This document shows positions 27,887 to 41,094 of a stretch of DNA of 64,000 bases, piece after piece; within the stretch, counting starts at the first letter, position 1, and every line of letters starts with the position of its first letter. The translations under genes and the position numbers were made by a program. The DNA comes from Adineta vaga (taxonomy: Eukaryota > Animalia > Rotifera), in NCBI GenBank assembly GCA_021613535.1, contig CP075493.1, forward strand, positions 13,578,001 to 13,642,000. Reading direction: 5' to 3'. The notes below the pieces were generated by a model. That model saw only the letters and a list, made by a program, of their open reading frames with translations, had not been told where the DNA came from and ran no database searches.

Positions 27887-28557
27887 TCATGAAGAGAAAA
27901 GATCATTTATTATAATATATTAATCATGAAAATCTGTCTATTTGATACAGGTAAACGATAGATTGTAATAAATAATTTTATTGAATCGCAGTCTTGATAT
28001 TATATGATTTATGTAAGTATTCAACATTTTGATGTTGAGAATATTTATTAAATAAACGTGAAGAACGATCAATTTTCATGATTGTTATGGTATTGTAGGT
28101 ACTTATCTCAGCTGTCGGCAATTCAATCGCAGCTGATGATATGGTAACAATTTTTGGAGAAGTTCTGAAATTAAGTCTATTAATTAATATACGTCAAACT
28201 TTCCCGTCAGTATTTTCAACAAAATCTACAACTCGTCCCAAAACACCGTTTGCTCAACCGTCTACAACATCAATATTCTTTGGAAATAAATGCAATGCTT
28301 CTGCGAATTGTGTTCTTTTTTCTTTAATATTTAATTCAATATATTCAAAATAGTCGCATCATAATCATAACATAGATGTATAAATATTTGATGATGGAAC
28401 TATGGACTACATTGATAAAAATCTTCAATAGCTATTATACCAATGTTTCCGAAACAAGTTGTATTTGATTGAATATCGATAATCTGTTCTAATCTAGCAT
28501 GAATATGAGTGTGAATAAAATTTTCATTCATACAATGAGTATTTATCTATTTTGAGT

Positions 28558-29050
28558 CTATCTTGTAAACGGAACAACAGTTCTTTGTGCTACTCTCCTC
28601 CGAAATATCAATGCACAAAGCTTTTGTTTTAATCGAAATAGAAACAAACAAATTGGCACAGGGTTAGAGAATTGCGAGAATGTAAGCCAATACTCTGATA
28701 GTTTATGTAATGATAATCTCATCGAAAACAGAAACTTCAAATCATGATGTAATGATGGAAATAATATAAGGCAGGTCAAAAGTAAGGTAAATGATTGAAA
28801 TTGGAAAAATGTAATTCACAAGTGATTCAAACCAACTAAATCGTTCGGGAGTTAAATTATAATGACAAGGAACATCACAAAAAAAGTATATGAAGGAGTC
28901 ATACATACGTTCACAAGGACAAACAAAAATCAAATAAAAATATGGCGTTCGATGGATATCCAAAACATAAAATGATAAAATAAAAATAAATAACAAGGAA
29001 TAGATAATAATTCAGCAGTTAATACAATTCCAAATAAATTTATTCGCCAT
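28558..29050 (-). pseudogene. Internally deleted tandem paralog of the 29376-30311 7TM receptor
   Basis: YPCERxYD, WFExxVNYI, ISIIYLxFDLP and C-terminal RTVVPFxR are shared with the neighbour. TM2-3 and other blocks are missing and there are frameshifts. Confidence 0.8.
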
Positions 29051-29375
29051 TGAGAAGAAAAATGATCTTCCAAGATACCGACATTATTCTCCCTTGATGT
29101 TCTAAGAGAATAAAATTATAAAATTTTCAAAGTCCTCAAATATAATTATAATGATAGTTAAATATGATTATTTCTGATATTCTGATTAAAATAGATTTAA
29201 AAGAAAAGCGACATTATGTTAGTTTGATGAATTATCAACACGTTTTTGAGGATGTGGGTGGGTGGGTGACGGTGATAGTGCACCAAAAAAGAAGTGATAT
29301 TAATCCACTTTCACCCTCAGCCTCATCTATTAAAGTAAATGAAATTACTGGGGTAAATGTGACTCAATTTGAAAT

Positions 29376-30311
29376 CTATCTTCTAAACGGAACGACAGTT
29401 CGCCGTGCTTGTTTTTTCCAAAACATTATTGCACGAAATTTCTGATTCAAGTGAGGTAGAACAAGTAGATTCGCATAAGGGATTAGAATTCCAGGAATGT
29501 ACGCAAGTATCAGGGAGTACTTTGAGAAAGTACTGCTGTTAAAAATATTAACTCCAAACCATGACATAATATTAGCGATAAAAAAAGGCAGATCAAAAGC
29601 AAGGTAGATGATTGAAACTAATATTAATTGAATAATCATTTTTCGTTGACGACGCCAACCGATTGCTTGTTTCAAACGACGTTTTTGTATAAGAACACGA
29701 ATAAATAAACTACAACTAAATATCGCGATCATTAGAACGGGCGAAATATAATTCACGATTAGCTCAAACCAAACGAACCATACAGGAAGATCATGACAAA
29801 GAATACTACACAGATATGAATATGGATCATATATCCGTTCACAAGGATAAAGAATAATCAAATAGAAATAAAGAACTGGTGCATAAAGTGAAACGAATCC
29901 AAATGGAATGTAATGAAATAAAATACGTTGACGTGTTGTTCGAAGAAGATTCAAATAAAAGATCAGAAGATGTCGTTCGATGGATATCCAACACATAATA
30001 TGAAGAGCGCCATACCAAAATCCAAAATCAACATACGCTTGTAGATAACAAAGAGGAATATAGAATAAAGCATAATATCCATGTCGATAGAAATCCAAGT
30101 ACATTGATAAATCAATTGTCACCTGAATAAAATTGTAAATTAACAACAGAATAATCGAATGATTTTGAAAATTTGTTCGTAAAGTTTTCTCACGAATAAA
30201 ATGATAAAATAAAAATAAATAACAAGGAACTGATAATACTTCACCAGTTAATAATATTCCAAATACAGCCATTCGCGATTGCGAAGAAGAAGCATCTTCT
30301 AACGTCGACAT
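29376..30311 (-). CDS. Orphan rhodopsin-like 7TM receptor, intronless
   Basis: Seven hydrophobic segments, WISIERH (DRY-equivalent), intact ORF. Confidence 0.85.
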   Translation of the reverse strand: MSTLEDASSSQSRMAVFGILLTGEVLSVPCYLFLFYHFIREKTLRTNFQNHSIILLLIYNFIQVTIDLSMYLDFYRHGYYALFYIPLCYLQAYVDFGFWYGALHIMCWISIERHLLIFYLNLLRTTRQRILFHYIPFGFVSLYAPVLYFYLIILYPCERIYDPYSYLCSILCHDLPVWFVWFELIVNYISPVLMIAIFSCSLFIRVLIQKRRLKQAIGWRRQRKMIIQLILVSIIYLAFDLPFFIANIMSWFGVNIFNSSTFSKYSLILAYIPGILIPYANLLVLPHLNQKFRAIMFWKKQARRTVVPFRR

Positions 30312-30689
30312 CACTCTTGCTTAATGATTTGTGAAGCTCCGTCTCTTGTTTTGTTAACAGAATAAAATAATAATTGCTTTAAAATTTTCTAAGTTTTTTT
30401 ATATGATTATAATTGATGACAAAGATGAGAGAAAACCGATATTATATTATTTTGATCAATTAACAGCACTTTTCCGCCTTTGATTTATTAACGCTTAAAT
30501 AAGCACTATATAGATTAAAAATGTAACTCATTTCCGAGGAACAAATCGGTTTATCAGGCTAACGATAATGCAACATTATTAATGTACTATAAATGAAGAA
30601 TATATGACAGCTTTTCCTAAGGGTTAGAATGTATTCATATCACGAATATCTAAGATTCTTTCTTAATAAAACTTTTTAACTATTCTAAC

Positions 30690-31230
30690 AACATGATTGA
30701 AAACAATCAATACAATATGATCAGGAATGTCCGTAGCAAGATCTCTTTCAACAGTTAATATTGATTCTTACTTGTACTTTTTAGTTTTATCTTGCTTTAA
30801 ACTGATAACAAACATGTCTAATGCATATCTTTTAAATTGTTTATTCTAGTAAACGATTTTGTCATGATATATTCAAACATTATTTGATTTCAAAATAAAA
30901 ATTAAAACGTGAACCTAAAAGAATTGATCTGAAAAAGTTCAATATGGTTCGTATAAAATGGATTTTTATGACCTTGGGAAAAAAACCAACAAATATAACC
31001 TTCCCTCTACCAATTTATATCAAATGAAGAGAAAAAGAGCACATAAACTGAACAAAGATTTTCTTTTCTAACAATTGCTGGTCAAAGTTTCGAAGCATAT
31101 CGAACAACATTTGGACTAAATCCAAGTTATTAAACGTTCTTTTGATTTAATTCCTTCTAAAATATTCTCTTCATTTTAATGATCAAGTTAAAAATACTTA
31201 TAAAGCTTGTTTTCATGTGACAAATCATAT
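30690..31230. repeat. Decayed duplicate of the 17.2-18.4 kb segment (GNAT 5' end and flank)
   Basis: 30715-30820 aligns with 17240-17355 (TTTAAACTGATAACAAACATG). 30900-31230 aligns with 18075-18390 (AAGAATTGATCTGAAAAAG..CAATAT...CGTATAAAATGGATTTTTATGACCTTGG). Confidence 0.8.
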
Positions 31231-31816
31231 TGGTAGTGAAGAAAGTCTTATTGCAGCAAAGAATGCAGCCGATACAAAAACAAGCTGAAGGACAAAAATA
31301 TTTCATTGAACAAGAAGCATTAGTACTTATACTAAACAATTAAGTATTTATTAGCGGGTAGGTGTGGGTGAATACAAGAGACCCACACCGTTCTTTTCAT
31401 CAACAAAGAATCTCTGAAGACGAGATAATTTCTTTTGTTCTTGTTAAACGGATTCATTGATCGTTTTTTTTTCTTTAAAACAAATTTTCATTTTAAAATC
31501 GATTGTTAATTTATTTTATAAATATTCGAAAGTTTTTCTCTGAAAATTAATGATTTCACAAATCAATTTACAAATTATCTTCGTTTTTCAATCAATATTG
31601 ATTTTTCCATCGCATTTCAAAGATTTCAATTATTTTTCATGATTTCCACAGAAAATCCTTTGAATTCAAATCAATATTGGATCATTTTTAATCGATATTC
31701 GATTAAAACTAATAATTTTAATGATCAAACAAATTCATTTTTCTTTTTCAAAATAAAAATAAAATCAACAAAGGCGATTTTTGTCAAATTTTTTCGTTTG
31801 AAGTGCAAAGTTTATT

Positions 31817-33368
31817 TCAATGAATTCTATCAAATCGAACGATTCGATTGTTGAAACAATCTGAAACATGAAGATTTCCTTCAAAACCAAATGATAAACC
31901 ACAGGGATGACTCAATTGATTTAATTGACTTCCTTGACCATTTCCACCAACAACAATCTCCCCTTCTTCATCTCCTTCACACCATCGCATTATTCGATGA
32001 TTATCCCAGTCTGCCACGGATATTTGATTCCATTCATCAACAATCAATCCTGCAGGACAGCTCAATTGATTGAGATTGTTTCCTTTACCATTTCCACCAG
32101 CCACAACAATTCCTTCCTTCGCATCTTTTCTCCATTTCATCACACGATGATTCTGTTCATCTGAAACATAAAGAGATTGCTCTTTATCAACAAAGATGAA
32201 CAGAGGAGAGTTGAGTTGATTTGGTTGATTTCCTTTTCCATTTCCACCTGCAACTAATATTCCTTCTTTGTTTTCATTCATGTTTTCTAACTTCCATTTT
32301 CTCACTTCGTTCTTCTCCTTGATCAGAAACATAGAGAAATCCATGTTGATCCATTGCTAAACCCCAACAAGCGATATTTTGAATGAGAATTTGTTGTTTT
32401 TGATCTCGTGACCATCGCATTACTCGTTTGTTCAAGTAATCCGCAATGATGAGTGAATGATTTTGTTGATCAACAATCATATCTGTTGGTCCATTCAATT
32501 GATCAATTCTCTTTCCTTGTCCATTTCCACCTGCAATGATTTGTCCTTGTCTTCCATCACATTTCCATTCAACAATACGATGATTCTTGAAATCATCAAT
32601 GAAAATGGTTTTGTTTTCATCAACAAAGATTCCATGAGGACGATTGAGCTGATTTAAATGCCCTCCTTGTCCCTTTCCTCCCGCAACAATTGTTCCATTT
32701 AGTTGAAATTTTGTTTCTAAACAAAGAAAAGAAAAAAGATTTGTGAAAAAGAAGCAAAGATTTATCTCAATTCGAAGGATAAAGACAAATGTTAAAAGAT
32801 TAAATTAATCTTTTTCAATAAAATAAGAATTCAAAACTTTCAACTTACTCATTCTTAAAACAATTGAAATTTCCTTAATAAATCCTTGACGATGTTCTCG
32901 GATTGAAATATCTGATGGATTGTTCAACTCTTCATTCATTTTTCTTAATTTTTCTCTGAGATCATTCAAATCAATTTCATTAAATTCATTTTCTCGTTGA
33001 ATTTCTTTGATTTGTTCACTTAATTCACTTAACTTTTGTCCGATCTCTCTAAGAGATGTTTTGGAATATTCAATAAGATTTTGTCGACATTTTTCAGCTG
33101 TTTGTTGAATTGTTCGAATTGAATTTGTTTCCCATTGATTAATTTGTTTGATCAATGAATGATTTAATGGGTTTTGTTTTTGATCGTTTATTGTATGTCT
33201 AAATTGATCATAATCATTGATGATAGAATTTAATTCTTCATTTAATAATTGTTGATGTTCATTTAAATCTGTTTGACAAAATTCTTTTGAACAACCTTGG
33301 CATTGAGTTATAAACTTTTTATATTTTTTACATTTGAAACATTGTTTTGAATTATTTGCCATAGCCAT
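31817..33368 (-). CDS. B-box/CC-NHL copy 4; exons 33368-32849 and 32716-31817; +1 base near 32318
   Basis: Same architecture as copy 1. GATCAAGGAGAAGAAC has one extra base relative to the paralogs (SD.EKNEVRKW). Confidence 0.82.
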
Positions 33369-34615
33369 TTGCAAGAAAGAGAAGTTTTAAAACTGAAAAT
33401 GAAAAGATTCATGTTGATGAAGATAAGAATAAAATGCGTTAAAGTCAATAATAATAAGATATAAAATATGTTGGAAAATAAATATGGATGTGTCATATTT
33501 TAATATTATCTGATTATCTTCCTTTTTATCGTGAAAACACATATTTACTGTTGAAAAATCATCTGAAACGAAAGAATGCATATTCGATCATTTTCGACAT
33601 ATGAATATTAGCGATTGGGGACAAGCTCTTGAAAAATCTCTTTGAATCATAAATATTCAATTACTAAGAAAGTTGCGTATACGTGGAAATTCATTTCTAT
33701 AAAATTCATTAGTTATTTCTGAAGTAAACTAAACGTTTTGTAATTATTGTCTTGAATAACCCGAGGATGTGGGTGTCTTTTTTCTGCCCTTACTTATATC
33801 CACTCTATAAAAAAATTCGGGAGACGGTCAATTGCTCGCAAAAATTAGGTAGACAAACAAGTAATACCAGGGAATATATGACCACGATAAAGAGCATGAA
33901 TTATGAATACTCGAAAACAAAACTTCTGGTTCAACTTTAAAGGTTCCGTCTACGAAGAAATCCTGCCAAAAATAAGGAATAGTTTATAAATACGTAGCAA
34001 AAAATTACCGTAGCATGGGTGGATGTGGGTTATATTCTTCTCTGCACCCATGGTCACACCCACGCCCACCCTCAAGATTACAAACAATAGGTCATCATGC
34101 ACAAGAACATACATCTTGAACTGCGGTGTTTGACGATGTTGATTAAACCAACCATTGTAGCGGCGACATAAAGAATATTATACTTGACTGTATAAGTATA
34201 TCTGTATTCGGTAAGAAGGCATTGCTCAAAATAAGCCGAATAGATAGCATATCTATAGCAGGTTTCAGTCATCCTATTTTTAAGAGAATCATTCAATGTT
34301 GTTGTCGTAATATAGAAAGGATTGTAATGATCATTGTAAAGTTGCTTCGACTACCAAGCAGCCAGTGAAAAGCATCTGAGCACATACGGATAGTGCCCTA
34401 GTATGGCAGTTGAGAGCACAGCGGTTTTATTTATTTTTTTGAAATCGTCGGGCTCTACCATTGACATTGCCACACAAACAGACAAATTGACAAACTTCTT
34501 TTTTTTTATATGATCCTTCCTGCAGTCGAGGGAATATGGACAAGTGTATTTATTTGTTTATAGAAATAGTCAAAAAATCATTTTAATTGTCTCCTATGTA
34601 AACAATGACATTCAT

Positions 34616-36620
34616 TTATTCCTCATTCGAATGGTGTTTTTCTTCAGGCAGATGAGGAGCTAGAACATTAATAGTTTGAGCTTGTTTTTGTTTTAGTCGT
34701 ATAATATCTTTTTCAATATTGATAATTTGAGGGTTAGTTAGAGGAAGGATTTCTAGATACAGTAAACGAAGCTTTTCAAGTGCAGTGGTTGCCTGTGAAT
34801 AATTTTCCATTTCTTCAAAAGTTCGAGCCATATTATGATATAATTGACGAAAATCAGGATGATCATGCGGAATTGAATCTTGATACAATTTCAATGCTTG
34901 ATCATAATATTCGATTACTTTTGTATGTTGACCGAGATCAGCATAAGCATTACAAATATTCATATAGGATAATGCAAGATCAGAATAATTATGCGGACAA
35001 AATTTACGTTGAATTTTAAGAGCGGTAGTAAAATTCTCGATAGCTTTTTCATATTCGTTCTGTTCTGCATAAAGATTTCCGATACTATTGAAACATCGAG
35101 CTATATCATCGGAGTAATATTTCAGATTTCGCAGACTTCTATATGTTTTTAAAGTTTTTTTAAAACAATGCAAAGCTAAATCGAAATTATTTAATTCTTC
35201 ATAAGCTATGCCCATATTATGAATAATTTGCACATATCCAACAATATCATCATCTTTGTCTGTATTCGCTAATGCTTTTTTAAAGTATTCAATACTTTCC
35301 TGATGGTGTCCTGAGTCTCCTGCACATTCCACGTTGATTATAATAACTCGATTATTCACTAGGTTTCAATTGATTTTTAATTCGTTGACAGTATCGATCT
35401 GCTTCCTTTGTTTGACCCATATTAAATAAAACATCACCAAGTGTTAACGAACCTTCGCATTGATCATTACATAAATGTGCATAAACATCTTGTAAATCAT
35501 GTTCATTCTCATTGCATAGAATTAATTGAATAATTATTTGTTGATTTTCATTTAAACCAACAGATCGTACTCGAAAGATATTATTAGCCATGAAAAGTAT
35601 TTCTTCTTCATCCGCGTAGGATGAAATTGAAGAAATATTAGCCAATGGTTTTGTATTAAGAAGATGACGATCGACTTCCATTTCAAATAGAACTCGTTCA
35701 CGATCATCGAACCGATTACTATCATCAAGAAACAACGATGCAACATTAGGATTTAAACTTGAAGAAAAAAATGAATTGATTGAAATGAGTTTATTAATTG
35801 AATTTTGAATTTGATTCCTTTCAGTTTTTGACATCCATTGATCACGATAAACTTTCATTATAGTTTTAGATTGTTGCTGCGACAAGGAACGAAGTTGTTC
35901 GTCCAAGTCTCGAATAAAAAATGCAAAAAGAAGAATTAATTCAATATTTCGTGTACGAAGTGCTCGATTCAATGTCATATAAATAAATGGTTCATCTGTA
36001 TACCTAAAACAATAAAGATATTAATAAAAAAATTATTATAATCATCTCTAATCTTACCATTTCAAAGGATTTTCTTTGTCATATGTTTCTTCAAATTGAT
36101 TGATTTTATTCATATTTATTTCATCTTCATAATATATTTGACGATAGTATTGAATCAATTCACTTTTGTCAGGTACTTTTGTTTCTTTTTGTAAAATAAC
36201 ATCAATAAAACGATGTAAATGAAGATAATCACCATCAATAGATCTCGATGTTTGTCCATCTGTATTCAATATATGAATACAGAGTGGTTCATTTAAACGT
36301 ATTCGATGTCGTAATTGAATTTGATCAAATTCAGATATTGTAACTCGAGGAAAACCTTTCAATAATTGTTCGAATTCTTCATTTCGATCGATATTATAAA
36401 TATAAATATGTACAATTGATTGTAGGTGATTGATTTGAAGAAGAAGATCTCGTACAAATTGTCCTTGAACAATTAATATCAGTTTTTTACCTGCCGAATT
36501 GGATAAAAACGCATAACAATCTTCTACAGTTTGAAATCTTTGACACTCTGGAACGAGTTGTTGCATAGATTCAGATGTTGTTTCATTAGCAAGCCAAACA
36601 ATAGTGAATGTTTCATCCAT
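34616..36620 (-). CDS. ART-TPR protein (R-S-E clade mono-ADP-ribosyltransferase + TPR); frameshift near 35350
   Basis: Intron 36057-36004 gives LKW|YTDEPFIYMTLNRAL. ART motifs VYRDQ, SFFSSS and EEEILF. The TPR array follows in another frame. Confidence 0.8.
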
Positions 36621-37225
36621 TTGAATAGATACGTAAAAATGATTTTAATGATAAATTCCAAGGTATTATATATCGTGTCTTGTTCTATGATGTCGACAAA
36701 ATATTTACCAACTTATCGCATAGAAGAGGAAAAAACACATCTGAGTAATAAAAGAGCATGCTTGTGATAATAGAGAAGTGTGCTATTAGACTTCAGATGG
36801 AGAGCGAACAAACCGAATCTTTTCTTAATATTCTGATTCACATGAATACTCTGACGTTTCAATTGCGTAATGATTTAAGAATATTTCCAAGTTTATATTC
36901 AATATATACCGACATTCTTCAACAATAAAATTCGCTTCAATTTGTCGCATCGATGAAATACGTCCAAAAGTAATCAGCTCCCGCAATATTGAGACATATT
37001 GACAATTTTCCGATTGTAAAACTTCTTTTTAGTTGAGATTTTGTTTTTATTTAGTAAACAAAACTGAAACTAAGAAAAAACGAATAAATTTTCTTTTTTA
37101 ATTTTACAATTCATAACTTCCAAATTTATCTTTCTTTTTCATATCCATCCTGTCTCTCCTCATGCGAACATATTACTTAATAACGTATGAAAAAATCTTC
37201 TCATTTGATAATTTCTTTTGTGCTA

Positions 37226-38251
37226 TTAAAATTTATTTCCTTGTATTTTAGTATTTGTTTGTCTAACAAATCTTCTTTCCATTTGAATTGATACAACTGC
37301 TGTTCGACGATAATTTCCACATTTCATCATTTTTTTTAAATTTGTTTTAAGATCTGGTATAGAAAATAAACAAACGAAAGGAAATAATAATGGAATAATA
37401 TAAATAGTGAAAACTAGAAAATCTAAAACTAAAGATATCCGTGAATTGGGAAAAACATAATCCAATATAAAACATATCAGATATGGTAAAGAAATTGATA
37501 AATATAGAGATGAAATAGAAATAAATTGAAAAATCATTGTACGATATTTTGCCCAATTCATTGATTGTCTTAGACGTGCTTTTGATCGATAAATTCGATA
37601 GAGAAGTGCACAATTAACAATGGTGACAATAAAGTTGGAAATATAAGATGAAAACCTGTTTCCCATATATCAGTAATTGGACTATCGAAGTAGCAAGGTA
37701 TGTTACAATAATTATATTCAAAATCTACCATATTTTCACATGGATAAATAAATATAGCATAAATATAAAATAAAGCAATATAAATAAGAATAATTATTGG
37801 TGGTATGTAATGAAAACAAAAATTTTTCCATTTGCGATTGAATAGATTGGAATTAAAAATAAGGAGATGTCGTTCAAACGAAGCCCAGGCAACTGTAAGA
37901 TGAACTGCACAAGGAAAAGGATATTCGATACATATCCAAGTTAGACAAAGTGCATTGGTGAATTTAATAGATCGATATGGTGAATACAAATCTAGATTAA
38001 GTGGAATATCAAATATCACTGTAATAAATGAAAGAAATAACATAATAAGAATGGTATAATTATTTGGGGCTGAACGAAGTGTTTTATTTGTAATTATACA
38101 AGCCAAAGTTAATAGATAAGTAGGAATAGATGGTATAATCAATGACAGCAATAAAATATATCTTGCCATATTAGAAAAGATCTGTTCATAACTGTCTATT
38201 TCATTAATCTCAGTAGTTGTATTCGTTGGTTCAGATAAATTGAAAATTCAT
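37226..38251 (-). CDS. Orphan rhodopsin-like 7TM receptor with two 1-nt indels (~38245, ~37632)
   Basis: WASFERH and YPCEN motifs as in the 29.4-30.3 kb receptor. Removing one T near the start (MNFNLSEPTN...) and adding one T at PT(F)IVT restores a single ORF. Confidence 0.8.
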
Positions 38252-39541
38252 AGTGAGTCTTTTTTTAAATTTGTCAGACTAACTCGTGCCAAATATATAC
38301 GACAGAAAAAGCTTTTTTTTAATATTATAATAGAAAGCATCTCTTATATAAATGTTTCTTTATTTACGGATGATTACCAATGAAGACAAGGATGTGTCTA
38401 GAATAATATGATAAAAACACTTGAAGGATATATATTAATAAAGAATTATGTATTTCCTTTACAGTAGGTCATTAAATGCATTCATTTTATATTCAGAAAC
38501 AAATTAAAAAGTAAGCAAGACTTCATTCATGACATTTTATTATAAAAGTACCTGATTTTAGAACAAAGACAAATACGCAGAAAGAACCATTTTGTTGAAA
38601 TCTGACATAGCGCTCTATCTGGTCAACAATTAATTAAGGTGAAAATGTCTTGTTCGGATGAAATCTTTAATTAACTCTCTTTCAATGAATGTTTGTTTTT
38701 TTCGATTTCGAATGAGTAATAGGAAGACAGTCTGGAGCAGTTGGACAGGTTTCTCCATATTCACTTGGTAAATGATCTGAATCAATATGGTGTCCAATCG
38801 CTCTATCGACTATATTCACGATGAGCTAGATGACAGTGTTATTTGCATAGAGTGCGAATGAACGACGAAAAGTGAACAATTTTAAAGAATAACAAATCAA
38901 TCAACTTTTCTAGTTGAAATGAATAAATTTGAAGTATTTTGATTGTTTGTAGATCAGTAGAATATATTTATATTATGATCTTTAGAATAAACAATTCGTT
39001 TTTCAACAATTTTGTCAATATTTATTTATTCTCGCACTATTATTTCAAGTATTTGGACGATGTTATTTTCAAGACAGTAGTTTAGTTGAATTGTTCATTG
39101 ACAAGATTTTGACACAACGAAGTTTGAAAGAAAAAGATTTTTATTGAGATAAAATCATTGAAATATATGGAAGAGTATTGAAATCGATCAATGAGTATAA
39201 CGATGAAGATATAAAAGACTTTTCTTTTATTCCTGTAAAAATGGCCAAGTTGCAGAATTTAATTTTCACTTATGCACAATCCTCTTCGTAATTGAATATT
39301 TATGATTCGAAGAGATTTTTCAAGACGTTGTCCCCCCATCTCTATATCTGTATGTCGAATGTGCATTCTTATCTTTCAGCTGATTTTTCAACAGTAGATG
39401 TATATGTTCTTAACCAAATAATATTAAAATATGATGCGTCCATCTTTATTTTCAAACATATTTCATTTCTTATCACTATTTAATTTGACGCATTTTATTC
39501 TTATCTGCATCAACATCAATCTTTCTTCTCATTATATTCAC

Positions 39542-41094
39542 ATGGCCACTGCAAATAACACAACACAATGTTCCAAGTGTCTCAAATATAAAAGAATTAC
39601 AGTTCTTTGTAAAGGTTGTTCAAAAGAATTTTGTCAAACCGACTGGAATGACCATCAACAATTATTAAATGAAGAATTAAATTCTATCATCAATGATTAT
39701 GATCAATTTAGACATAAGATAAACGATCAAAAACAAAATCCACTAAATCATTCATTGATCAAACAAATTGATCAATGGGAAAGAAAATCAAGTCGAACAA
39801 TTCAACAAACAGCTGAAAAATGTCGACAAAATGTTTTTGAACATTCCAGAAGATCTTTTAAAGATACCGAAAAAACGTTAAGCGAATTAAGTGAACAAAT
39901 CAAAGAAATTCAACGAGAAAATGAATTTAATGAAATTGATTTGAATGATTTACGAAGAAAATTAAATCAAATGAATGAAGAATTGAACAACCCATCGAAT
40001 CTTTCAATCCGAGAACATCGTCAAGGATTTATTAAGGAAATTTCAATTGTTTTTTTAAAGCGTAAGTGAAAATAAAATCATCGAATCTTTATGTTTTGAT
40101 AATTTATTAACAAAAAATTTTCTTTCAATTTCATTCTTTATTAGATAATTCACAATTATCGTCAACAAATCGTTTTAACAATTTAACAACGAAAAGTTCA
40201 TCAATTCAACAACATGGAACAGTTGTCGCAGGAGGAAATGGACAAGGAAGTCAATTAAATCAACTCAATGGTCTTCGAGGAATCTTTGTTGATGAAAATA
40301 AAACGATTTACATTGCTGATTATGATAATCATCGTATTGTTGAATGGAAATCCGGTGCGAAGGAAGGAAGAATTGTGACAAGTGGAAATGGAAGACGAGC
40401 GAGAATGGTTCAATTGAAGTTGCCAACAGATGTGATTGTTGATCAACAAAATCATTCAATCATCGTTGCTGATCAAGGGAAAAGACGAGTGATTCGATGG
40501 TCACGAGATCAAAAGCGGGAAATTCTCATTCAAAACATTCGTTGTCGAAGTTTAACAATGGATCAACATGGATTTCTTTATGTTTCTGATTTGGAGAAGA
40601 ATGAAGTGAGAAAATGGAAGTTAGAAAACATTAATGAAAACAAAGAAGGAATATTAGTTGCAGGTGGAAATGGAAAAGGAAATCAACCAAATCAACTCAA
40701 CTGTCCTGGTTTCATCTTTGTTGATAAAGATCAATCTCTTTATGTTTCAGATTGTTGGAATGATCGTGTGATGAAATGGAGAAAAGATGCAAAGGAAGGA
40801 ATTGTTGTGGCTGGTGGAAATGGTTGGGGAAACAATCTCAATCAATTGAATGGTCCTCACGGATTGTTTGTTGATGACTTGAATCAAATCTATGTGGCAG
40901 ATTCTTATAATCATCGAATAATGAGATGGTGTGAAAAAGATGGAAAAGGTTCGATTGTTGTTGGTGGAAATGGTCAAGGAAGTAAATCAAATCAATTGAA
41001 TTGTCCTGCTGGTTTATCATTTGATTTTGAAGGAAATTTGTATGTTTCAGATTCTGAAAATAATCGAATCGTTCGATTTGATAAAATTCATTGA
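39542..41094 (+). CDS. B-box/CC-NHL copy 5, intact; exons 39542-40061 and 40145-41094
   Basis: CSKC-x7-CKGC-x4-CQTD-x3-H, coiled coil, phase-1 intron and six NHL blades, all in frame. Confidence 0.88.

Noticed and set aside
26540-27906. Short ORFs within the TIR element
   Set aside because: They are translations of TTCCGGAA-rich repeats with no transposase motifs.
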